NCBI GenBank assembly: GCA_045653805.1
Contig: JAZOMF010000075.1
Location: forward strand, 1,112-65,111
DNA length: 64,000 bases
From: Eubacteriales bacterium
GTDB taxonomy: Bacteria > Bacillota > Clostridia > Oscillospirales > CAG-272
Reading direction: 5' to 3'
The position numbers and the translations under genes were made by a program. Under the pieces are notes generated by a model. It had not been told where the DNA came from, did no database searches, and saw only the letters and a list, made by a program, of their open reading frames with translations. Each line of letters opens with the position of its first letter. The first letter of the stretch is position 1. Positions 1-7,630 of this stretch are shown here, piece after piece.

Positions 1-1
1 T

Positions 2-598
2 ATGGAAAAGCTTAAGCCTAAGGAACAAAAGGTATACGACTACATAGTGCATTCACTGAAGGAAAAGGGCTTTGCGCCCAGTGTAAGAGATATAATGAAG
101 GATCTCGGTTATAAGAGCACGTCCACCGTCCACATGTACCTCAACAGACTCGATTTTTTGGGTTACATTAGCAAGGAGGACGGCAAGAGCCGTGCTATCC
201 GCCTTGCAAACGACGACACACCTGCCGTTTGTGCTGTGCCTGTGCTTGGTACAGTAACCGCAGGTCAGCCCATTCTCGCAGAAGAGAATTTTGAGGGGTA
301 TATCGGATTTGTTGGCAGAAGTGGCACTGACGATATGTTTGCACTCAGGGTCAAGGGTGAGAGTATGATCGAGGTTGGAATCCTCGATGGAGATATAATC
401 ATCGCAGAGAAGACTTGCTATGCTGATAACGGAGAGATCGTGGTTGCACTTATAGAGAATGAAGCAACTGTAAAGCGCTTTTTCCGTGAAAACGGTCACT
501 ATCGTCTCCAGCCCGAAAACTGCACCATGGAGCCTATAATAGTTGACGAGGTGCTCATTTTAGGCAAGGTTATCGCAATTCAGAGAAACTACTCATAA
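2..598 (+). CDS. lexA: LexA SOS repressor (S24 self-cleaving)
   Basis: 198-aa ORF with an N-terminal winged-helix region. It has a cleavage-loop-like VLGTVTAGQP, and GESM and VKRF Ser/Lys dyad motifs. Confidence 0.9.
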   Translation: MEKLKPKEQKVYDYIVHSLKEKGFAPSVRDIMKDLGYKSTSTVHMYLNRLDFLGYISKEDGKSRAIRLANDDTPAVCAVPVLGTVTAGQPILAEENFEGYIGFVGRSGTDDMFALRVKGESMIEVGILDGDIIIAEKTCYADNGEIVVALIENEATVKRFFRENGHYRLQPENCTMEPIIVDEVLILGKVIAIQRNYS

Positions 599-621
599 GC
601 TCTTTGTGAGGAATATACATA

Positions 622-1326
622 ATGAAAGAAAACATATTTGCCGGACTCCAAAAGCTGACTCTGCTCGATTACCCGGGCAAGGTTGCCTGTACACTTTTTA
701 CAAGGGGATGTAATTTCCGTTGCCCATTCTGTCACAATGCCTCACTGGTTGTGAGGGCGGATGAGCAGCCTACCTATACCAATGATGAAATCTTAGCTTT
801 TCTCAAAAAAAGGCAGGGGATACTTGACGGCGTCGCTATAACAGGCGGTGAGCCTACACTTATGAGTGGTCTCTATGATTTTATAGTACAAGTTAAGGAG
901 ATGGAATATTCCGTAAAGCTCGATAGCAACGGCACGCGTCCCGAGGTGTTGAAAAAGCTTGTAATGAACGGTCTTGTTGATTACGTGGCGATGGATATAA
1001 AAAATTCGCCCGAAAAATACGCCTATACCTGCGGTCTTCCCAAAAGCTATGATCTTTCCAAAATAGAGGAAAGCAAAAACTTCCTTATGGAGGGTCACGT
1101 TGATTTTGAGTTCAGAACCACCGTTGCCAAGCCGTTTCACACCGAGGAGGACTTCTACAAAATCGGCGAGTGGCTGAAGGGAAGTGAGAAATACTTCCTG
1201 CAGCAGTTTAAGGATTCCGGAGACATCATCGGGCAGGAAATTTCTTCCTTTAATGAGAGTGAAATGGAAAAGTTTTTGAACGTTTTGTTACCTTTTGTGC
1301 CAAACACACAATTACGGGGTGTGTAA
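622..1326 (+). CDS. nrdG: anaerobic ribonucleoside-triphosphate reductase activating protein (radical SAM)
   Basis: 234 aa with a CNFRCPFCHN radical-SAM cluster motif. RBS is GAGGA. It sits next to nrdD. Confidence 0.85.
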   Translation: MKENIFAGLQKLTLLDYPGKVACTLFTRGCNFRCPFCHNASLVVRADEQPTYTNDEILAFLKKRQGILDGVAITGGEPTLMSGLYDFIVQVKEMEYSVKLDSNGTRPEVLKKLVMNGLVDYVAMDIKNSPEKYAYTCGLPKSYDLSKIEESKNFLMEGHVDFEFRTTVAKPFHTEEDFYKIGEWLKGSEKYFLQQFKDSGDIIGQEISSFNESEMEKFLNVLLPFVPNTQLRGV

Positions 1327-1356
1327 ACTGGATATTGTGCCGAATTTCGACAAAAA

Positions 1357-1372
1357 ACACAATATCTTGTGT
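1357..1372. promoter_or_regulatory. NrdR box 1 (acacaatatcttgtgt)
   Basis: 16-bp palindrome matching the published NrdR-box consensus acaCwAtATaTwGtgt at 15 of 16 positions by eye. It lies upstream of nrdD. Confidence 0.65.
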
Positions 1373-1379
1373 TATAGGG

Positions 1380-1408
1380 TTGACAAACACCACTAAATAT
1401 AGTATAAT
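1380..1408 (+). promoter_or_regulatory. sigma-A type promoter of nrdD (TTGACA-N17-TATAAT)
   Basis: Perfect -35 ttgaca at 1380-1385, a 17-nt spacer, and perfect -10 tataat at 1403-1408. Confidence 0.7.
1390..1405. promoter_or_regulatory. NrdR box 2 (ccactaaatatagtat), overlapping spacer and -10
   Basis: About 13 of 16 match to the NrdR consensus. Its centre is about 33 bp from box 1, close to the usual three-helical-turn tandem arrangement. Confidence 0.45.
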
Positions 1409-1416
1409 GCTAATGC

Positions 1417-1444
1417 GGCGCGGATGGCTGTCCGCGCCTATTTT
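1417..1444 (+). promoter_or_regulatory. leader hairpin ggcgcgga/tccgcgcc followed by tatttta (possible attenuator)
   Basis: 8-bp GC stem with a 6-nt loop and a T-rich tail, inside the roughly 115-nt nrdD 5' leader. Confidence 0.3.
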
Positions 1445-1527
1445 ATGCCATTTTTTGCCGAAACCTATATGGCATAAGGAATTTTTATGTTTAAATTTTA
1501 AAATATTATAATTTCAAGGAGAAAGAA

Positions 1528-3942
1528 ATGTACAGCGTTCAAAAGAGAGACGGAAAAATCGTAGAATTCAATTTGAGCCGCATTTCGGATGCTATCAGAC
1601 TTGCATTCGAAGCTCAGGAAAAGCAGTTTAACCAGAATATCATCGACTTCTTGGCACTCAAGGTCACCGCAGATTTTGAGAACAAGATCAAGGACGGACT
1701 TATCGCAGTTGAGGACATCCAGGACAGTGTAGAGTCGGTTCTCGTTCAGGCAGGATATGCAGACGTTGCAAAGGCATATATTCTTTACCGCCGCCAGAGA
1801 GAAAAGCTCAGAAACGTTCAGGGTACAGCTCTCGACTACAAGGAAACCGTTGATAAGTACCTCCAGGCTCTTGACTGGAGAGTTAAGGAGAACTCTACCG
1901 TTACCTACTCCGTAGGTGGTCTTATCCTTTCCAACTCCGGCGCTATCACCGCTAACTACTGGCTCAGCGAGGTTTACGACGATGAGATCGCAAACGCGCA
2001 CAGAAACGTTGATATCCACATTCACGACCTTTCCATGCTCACCGGCTACTGTGCAGGTTGGTCGCTCAAGCAGCTTATTCAGGAGGGTCTCGGCGGTGTA
2101 ACCGGTAAGATCACTTCCTCTCCCGCAGGTCACCTTTCCACCCTCTGCAACCAGATGGTAAACTTCCTCGGTATCATGCAGAACGAGTGGGCAGGCGCGC
2201 AGGCATTCTCCTCCTTTGATACATACCTCGCTCCCTTCGTAAAGGTTGATAACCTTTCCTATAAGGAAGTAAAGCAGTGCATCCAGTCTTTCATTTACGG
2301 CGTAAATACTCCTTCCCGTTGGGGTACTCAGTCTCCTTTTACCAACATCACTCTCGATTGGACCGTTCCTAACGACCTTGCGGAGCTTAACTGTATCGTT
2401 GGCGGCAAGGAAATGGACTTCAAGTACAAGGATTGTAAGAAGGAAATGGACATGATCAACAAGGCGTTCATCGAGATCATGATCGAGGGCGACGCGAACG
2501 GCCGTGGCTTCCAGTATCCTATCCCCACCTACTCCATCACCCGTGACTTCGACTGGTCCGAAACCGAGAACAACAAGCTTCTCTTCGAGATGACCGCAAA
2601 GTACGGTACTCCTTACTTCTCCAACTACATTAACTCCGATATGGAGCCTTCTGATGTTCGTTCCATGTGCTGCCGTCTTCGTCTTGACCTTCGTGAGCTT
2701 CGTAAGAAGTCCGGTGGTTTCTTCGGAAGTGGTGAGTCCACAGGATCTGTCGGCGTTGTAACTATCAACATGCCCAGAATTGCTTACCTTGCAGAGAACG
2801 AAGAGGACTTCTACAAGCGACTTGATAAGCTTATGGACATCTCCGCTCGCTCCCTCAAGACCAAGAGAACCGTTATCACCAAGCTCCTTGATGAGGGTCT
2901 GTATCCTTACACCAAGAGATACCTCGGTACCTTCAACAACCACTTCTCGACCATCGGTCTCGTTGGTATGAACGAGGTTGGTCTTAATGCTAAGTGGCTC
3001 AGAGCAGATATGACTCATAAGGAGACCCAGGAGTTCACCAAGAACGTTCTCAACCACATGAGAGAGAGACTTTCCGACTATCAGGAAATGTACGGCGACC
3101 TCTACAACCTTGAGGCAACTCCCGCAGAATCCACCTCTTACCGCTTCGCAAAGCACGATAGAAAGAGATGGCCCGACATTATTACTGCTACCGATAATGT
3201 AAAGGCTCCTTACTACACCAACTCCAGCCATCTTCCTGTTAGCTACACCGAGGACATCTTCGACGCTCTCGATATTCAGGACGAGCTCCAGACCCTCTAC
3301 ACCTCGGGTACTGTATTCCATGCATTCCTCGGTGAGAAGCTTCCCACTTGGAAGAGTGCAGCTAACCTTGTCCGTAAGATTGCAGAGAACTACAAGCTTC
3401 CTTACTACACCATGTCTCCCACATACTCTGTATGTGTTGATCACGGATATATAAACGGTGAAGAGTACACCTGTCCCAAGTGCGGTAAAAAGACCGAGGT
3501 TTATAGCCGAATCACCGGCTACTACCGTCCCGTTCAGAACTGGAATGACGGTAAGAGCCAGGAGTTCAAGGAGAGAAGAACTTACAACATCGATCGCTCC
3601 ACCCAGCTTCACCCCGAGATAAACATCGGTACTGATAGCGTAAGAACTATCAACATGATCACCGAGCCCGTTGTGGAGGAAGAGTGCGTATGCGAGACCG
3701 CAACAGGCAAACAGATCCTTCTCTTCGCTACCAAGACCTGTCCCAACTGCAAGATCGCAGCTGAATTCCTTGAGAAGGCGGGCTTTGAGTTTGAAAAGCT
3801 TTATGCAGACGAGCATCTCGATCTTGTTGCTCTGTACGGAATTAAGCAGGCTCCCACCCTCGTAGTTGTTGAGGACGGAGTTGAGATTGCCAAGGCCGCA
3901 AACCTCTCCAACATAAAGAAGTTTATTGAAACTTCTCTCTAA
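1528..3942 (+). CDS. nrdD: anaerobic (class III) ribonucleoside-triphosphate reductase with fused C-terminal thioredoxin-fold (CPNC) domain
   Basis: 804 aa with RBS AGGAGA. It has an ATP-cone-like N-terminus, an SMCCRLRL loop, a CPKC Zn-ribbon and the glycyl-radical motif SRITGYYRP. About 40 aa of linker follow, then KQILLFATKTCPNCKIAAEFL...APTLVV. Confidence 0.9.
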   Translation: MYSVQKRDGKIVEFNLSRISDAIRLAFEAQEKQFNQNIIDFLALKVTADFENKIKDGLIAVEDIQDSVESVLVQAGYADVAKAYILYRRQREKLRNVQGTALDYKETVDKYLQALDWRVKENSTVTYSVGGLILSNSGAITANYWLSEVYDDEIANAHRNVDIHIHDLSMLTGYCAGWSLKQLIQEGLGGVTGKITSSPAGHLSTLCNQMVNFLGIMQNEWAGAQAFSSFDTYLAPFVKVDNLSYKEVKQCIQSFIYGVNTPSRWGTQSPFTNITLDWTVPNDLAELNCIVGGKEMDFKYKDCKKEMDMINKAFIEIMIEGDANGRGFQYPIPTYSITRDFDWSETENNKLLFEMTAKYGTPYFSNYINSDMEPSDVRSMCCRLRLDLRELRKKSGGFFGSGESTGSVGVVTINMPRIAYLAENEEDFYKRLDKLMDISARSLKTKRTVITKLLDEGLYPYTKRYLGTFNNHFSTIGLVGMNEVGLNAKWLRADMTHKETQEFTKNVLNHMRERLSDYQEMYGDLYNLEATPAESTSYRFAKHDRKRWPDIITATDNVKAPYYTNSSHLPVSYTEDIFDALDIQDELQTLYTSGTVFHAFLGEKLPTWKSAANLVRKIAENYKLPYYTMSPTYSVCVDHGYINGEEYTCPKCGKKTEVYSRITGYYRPVQNWNDGKSQEFKERRTYNIDRSTQLHPEINIGTDSVRTINMITEPVVEEECVCETATGKQILLFATKTCPNCKIAAEFLEKAGFEFEKLYADEHLDLVALYGIKQAPTLVVVEDGVEIAKAANLSNIKKFIETSL

Positions 3943-4016
3943 TAATTGTTTAATTAAAGAGGAAAACGTAAATCGTTTTCCTCTAATTAATCCAATTTTC
4001 AGAAAGGATTTTTCCA

Positions 4017-4922
4017 ATGTATGATTTAATCGTTATCGGCGCAGGTCCTGCGGGACTTACCGCCGCTATATATGCACGTAGAGCAGATAAAAGCGTTCTC
4101 GTGCTTGATAAGGGAATGTTCGGCGGTCAGATGACCTTTTCCCCTAAAATAGAAAACTACCCCGGATATAACCAGATCAGCGGTAACGAGCTTGCTGAAA
4201 AGATGGTATCTCAGGCAATAGAAATGGGTGCCGAGCTTGATATGGCAGAGGTTACCGGCATCGAAAAGGAGGGCGACCTCTTCTGCATATTCTGCGGTGA
4301 CGACGTTTATATGTCCAAGACCGTTATTATCGCAACCGGTGCACGCCACCGTCTCCTTGGTATCGACAGAGAAGAGGAGTTCATCGGCGAGGGTATCTCC
4401 TTCTGCGCAGTTTGTGACGGCGCATTCTATGCAGGGAAAACCGTAGCCGTTATCGGTGGCGGTAACTCCGCGCTCCAAGAAGCAATTATGCTCTCCGACG
4501 GATGTGAGAAGGTATACGTTGTTCAGAACCTTGATTTCCTTACAGGTGAAGAGAAGCTTGCTGAAATTCTCAAGAAGAGAAAGAACGTTGAGATTATCTA
4601 CGGATGCACCGTTGAAGCAATTCACGGTAACGACAATTTCGGCGGCATAGTTATCAAGAATACCGCAACAGGAGAAAAGACCAGACTCGACCTTGACGGA
4701 ATGTTCGTAGCAATCGGACAGGTTCCCGAAAATGAGGCTTATAAGAACGTTGTCTCTCTCTCCGATAGAGGATACGTTGTTTCCGACGAGAATTGCTTGA
4801 CCCAGACAGAAGGTCTCTTCGTTGCAGGTGACTGCAGAACAAAGTTCATCAGACAGATCTCTACCGCTTGCGGAGATGGAGCAGTTGCAGCTCTCGCCGC
4901 TTGCAGGTATTTAGATGCATAA
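4017..4922 (+). CDS. thioredoxin-reductase-like flavoprotein (CAVC redox centre, no HRRxxxR NADPH motif)
   Basis: 301 aa with GAGPAG FAD motif, CAVCDG active site and GGGNSA. The position of E. coli HLIHRRDGFRA reads YVVQNLDFLTG. Confidence 0.8.
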   Translation: MYDLIVIGAGPAGLTAAIYARRADKSVLVLDKGMFGGQMTFSPKIENYPGYNQISGNELAEKMVSQAIEMGAELDMAEVTGIEKEGDLFCIFCGDDVYMSKTVIIATGARHRLLGIDREEEFIGEGISFCAVCDGAFYAGKTVAVIGGGNSALQEAIMLSDGCEKVYVVQNLDFLTGEEKLAEILKKRKNVEIIYGCTVEAIHGNDNFGGIVIKNTATGEKTRLDLDGMFVAIGQVPENEAYKNVVSLSDRGYVVSDENCLTQTEGLFVAGDCRTKFIRQISTACGDGAVAALAACRYLDA

Positions 4923-4927
4923 GATTA

Positions 4928-4971
4928 TGGGGGAAGGAAAAACTTCTTGAAAGAAGTTTTTCCTTCCCCCA
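4928..4971. terminator. long near-perfect hairpin tgggggaaggaaaaacttctt/aagaagtttttccttccccca
   Basis: Stem of about 20 bp just after the TrxR-like stop. No clear U-tract on either strand. Confidence 0.45.
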
Positions 4972-5115
4972 TACCCCTAACCTTTTCAAGAACTTTTCCA
5001 AAAAAGAATAGATATTATTTTCTTTAAATCTATTGATTTAATTTATGTTTTATGGTAGAATATTATTGGCAAATAATGCTTTTATATATATAGTGCTTCA
5101 GAAAGGAAAAACAGA

Positions 5116-5847
5116 ATGTTAGAGATCAAAAATCTGACTTATACGGTTATCGACGAAAACACCGGCAAGGAAAACCGTATAATTGATGATATAAGTCTTA
5201 CCATTAACGACCGTTTCGTTGCCATCACAGGCCCTAACGGCGGCGGTAAGTCTACACTCGCAAAGCTTATTGCGGGTATATATAAGGCGACCTCGGGTCA
5301 GATACTTCTGGATGGCGTGGATATTACCAATATGTCCATCACTGAGAGAGCCAACGCGGGCATTAGCTTTGCTTTCCAGCAGCCCGTAAGATTTAAGGGC
5401 ATTACTGTCAAGGATCTTATTTCCTTGGCGGCAGGAAGCAAAATTTCGGTTGCAGAGGCGTGCAAATACCTCTCCGAGGTTGGTCTTTGCGCAAAGGAGT
5501 ACGTAAACCGTGAGGTAAACGAATCCTTATCTGGCGGCGAGCTTAAAAGAATCGAGATCGCTATGATAAACGCCCGCGGCACTAAATTTTCCATCTTCGA
5601 TGAGCCCGAGGCGGGAATCGACCTTTGGAGCTTCAATAACCTTATCAAGGTTTTTGAGAAGATGCACGAAAGAACCCACGGCTGCATTCTTATAATCTCC
5701 CACCAGGAGAGAATCCTCGATATTGCAGATAAGATCGTGGTAGTATCAGACGGAAAGATATCCGCATACGGCGAAAAGGCTGCAATTCTGCCCGATCTTT
5801 TGTCGGCGCAGGCAGGATGCAAGTTCACACAGGGAGGTGACGAGTAA
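5116..5847 (+). CDS. sufC: Fe-S cluster assembly ATPase SufC
   Basis: 243 aa with Walker A GPNGGGKST, ABC signature LSGGE, and Walker B FDEPEAG. Confidence 0.88.
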   Translation: MLEIKNLTYTVIDENTGKENRIIDDISLTINDRFVAITGPNGGGKSTLAKLIAGIYKATSGQILLDGVDITNMSITERANAGISFAFQQPVRFKGITVKDLISLAAGSKISVAEACKYLSEVGLCAKEYVNREVNESLSGGELKRIEIAMINARGTKFSIFDEPEAGIDLWSFNNLIKVFEKMHERTHGCILIISHQERILDIADKIVVVSDGKISAYGEKAAILPDLLSAQAGCKFTQGGDE

Positions 5848-6779
5848 TGGCAGAGAAGAAGCTTGACAGTATCAAACTTAACCTCCTCCGTCAGGTCGCT
5901 GACCTTGAAACCGTTCCTACGGGAGCTTACTCCATCCGTGTTGACGGTGAAACCTTTGATAAGCAGTCCTCCGAGAATATTATTATCGAGAAAAAGACGG
6001 ACAAGCCCGGTATTGATATCTATATCAAGGCGGCAGGCAAGCGCGAGAGCGTCCATATCCCTGTAATTTTGGCGGAAAGTGGACTCAAAGAGGTCGTTTA
6101 CAACGATTTCCACATCGAAGAGGGCGCAGACGTGCTTATTGTCGCAGGATGCGGCATTCATAACTGCGGTGTTCAGGATAGTGAGCATAGCGGTATCCAC
6201 AGCTTCTACCTTGGCAAAAACGCGAAGGTAAAATACGTTGAAAAACACTACGGAGACGGCGACGGAAACGGCAAGAATATTATGAATCCCCATACCGTGG
6301 TAGAGCTTGCGGAGGGCGCATATATGGAAATGGAAACCACCCAGATCAAAGGCGTTGACTCCACCAAGCGTAAGACCGAGGCAGTGCTTCATGAAAAGTC
6401 CACTCTTATCGTTTACGAAAAGATAATGACCCACGGCGAGCAGTTTGCGGAGACCGAGTTCGTAGTTGACCTCAAGGGCGAGGATTGCGGCACACAGGTA
6501 GTTTCCCGTTCCGTTGCAAAGGATAACTCCCGTCAGCTCTTTATTTCCGATGTTGTTGGTAATGCAAAATGCTCCGGTCACACCGAATGCGATGCAATTA
6601 TTATGGATAACGCAAGCGTAGTTGCGATCCCCAAAATCGTGGCAAACGATACCGAGGCATCCCTTATCCACGAGGCGGCTATCGGTAAGATCGCAGGAGA
6701 GCAGCTTATCAAGCTCATGACCCTCGGTCTTGACGAAAAGCAGGCAGAGGAAGAGATCATCAACGGATTCTTGAAGTAA
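5847..6779 (+). CDS. sufB: Fe-S cluster assembly scaffold SufB/SufD family
   Basis: 310 aa, start overlapping the sufC stop (TAATG). The C-terminus EAAIGKI...EQLIKLMTLGLDEKQAEEEIINGFL is typical of SufB/D. Confidence 0.8.
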   Translation: MAEKKLDSIKLNLLRQVADLETVPTGAYSIRVDGETFDKQSSENIIIEKKTDKPGIDIYIKAAGKRESVHIPVILAESGLKEVVYNDFHIEEGADVLIVAGCGIHNCGVQDSEHSGIHSFYLGKNAKVKYVEKHYGDGDGNGKNIMNPHTVVELAEGAYMEMETTQIKGVDSTKRKTEAVLHEKSTLIVYEKIMTHGEQFAETEFVVDLKGEDCGTQVVSRSVAKDNSRQLFISDVVGNAKCSGHTECDAIIMDNASVVAIPKIVANDTEASLIHEAAIGKIAGEQLIKLMTLGLDEKQAEEEIINGFLK

Positions 6780-6793
6780 TTTGAGGTAAATTT

Positions 6794-6991
6794 ATGAAAA
6801 TAACCGAAAATCCCGATAAAGAGCTTGTTGCCATCGTAAAGGAAGGGCTTAAAAGACGAAACGGATACTGCCCTTGCCGCAGAGAGGACAAGCCCGAGTA
6901 CAAGTGCATGTGCGAGGAATTCAAGGCGCAGATAAAAGATCCCGACTTTGAGGGCTATTGCCACTGTATGCTATATTACAAGAGCAAGTAA
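6794..6991 (+). CDS. small ferredoxin:thioredoxin reductase catalytic-subunit-like protein (three CxC pairs)
   Basis: 65 aa with RBS GAGG, 15 nt after sufB. Motif is GYCPCR-X9-CMC-X15-CHC. Confidence 0.65.
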   Translation: MKITENPDKELVAIVKEGLKRRNGYCPCRREDKPEYKCMCEEFKAQIKDPDFEGYCHCMLYYKSK

Positions 6992-7117
6992 GGAGAAATG
7001 CGTGAAAGTTACATTTCATTTGCAGGAAATTAAATTGTTTCACGCGCGAATTTTTCCGAATGGCAAAATTCATTGATTACTATTTGTACCGCCGTGGGCG
7101 GCGGAATGGAGAATAAT

Positions 7118-7429
7118 ATGGTAGACGTAACAAGATCCAATTTTGAAGACGAGGTAATTAACAGCGACAAGCCCGTTTTGCTTGATTTCTGGGCAGAATG
7201 GTGCGGCCCTTGCCGCGTTATAGCTCCCGCAATAGCGGCTATTGCAGAGAGCAGAAGTGATATCAAGGTAGGCAAGGTCAACGTAGACGCCCAGCAACAG
7301 TTGGCGGTCACATTCGCTATTGACAGTATTCCTACTCTTGTACTTGTAAAAAATGGCGAGATCGCAGGGAAGCTTGTGGGATTAAACTCTAAAACCATTA
7401 TCGAGTCTTTTATTGATAAGCATATGTAA
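7118..7429 (+). CDS. trxA: thioredoxin
   Basis: WCGPC active site. I prefer the ATG at 7118 (GGAG 7 nt upstream) over the track start at 7073. 7106 is also possible. Confidence 0.88.
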   Translation: MVDVTRSNFEDEVINSDKPVLLDFWAEWCGPCRVIAPAIAAIAESRSDIKVGKVNVDAQQQLAVTFAIDSIPTLVLVKNGEIAGKLVGLNSKTIIESFIDKHM

Positions 7430-7436
7430 AAAATTG

Positions 7437-7465
7437 CACCTACGGTAACTCGTAGGTGTTTTTTT
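7437..7465 (+). terminator. intrinsic terminator of trxA
   Basis: cacctacg-gtaact-cgtaggtg followed by ttttttt. Confidence 0.8.
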
Positions 7466-7630
7466 GAATAAAGCAAATCAAATTGCAAGTTATTTGTCTA
7501 AATGCACAAAAACTTCGCTAAAAAATTTCAAATATCGTCATATCTTTCAATTTATTTTTTTGCAAAAATGTGGTAAAATATATATTTGGTAGAAAATTGC
7601 AAAAATATGTATTATTTATAAGGAGAAAGT

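Noticed and set aside
1409-1527. Possible cobalamin or other riboswitch in the nrdD leader
   Set aside because: The leader is only about 115 nt. I see no B12-box-like or other conserved riboswitch core, only simple hairpins.
1498-4017. 839-aa ORF on the minus strand spanning all of nrdD
   Set aside because: It is exactly antisense to a gene with unmistakable NrdD motifs, has no RBS, and its composition is low-complexity (L/V/G/S-rich). It arises because the sense strand avoids TTA, CTA and TCA codons. The same applies to 5298..6671 (antisense to sufCB), 11201..12112 (rsmA), 19081..19857, 57100..57939, 58078..58875 and 60761..61852.
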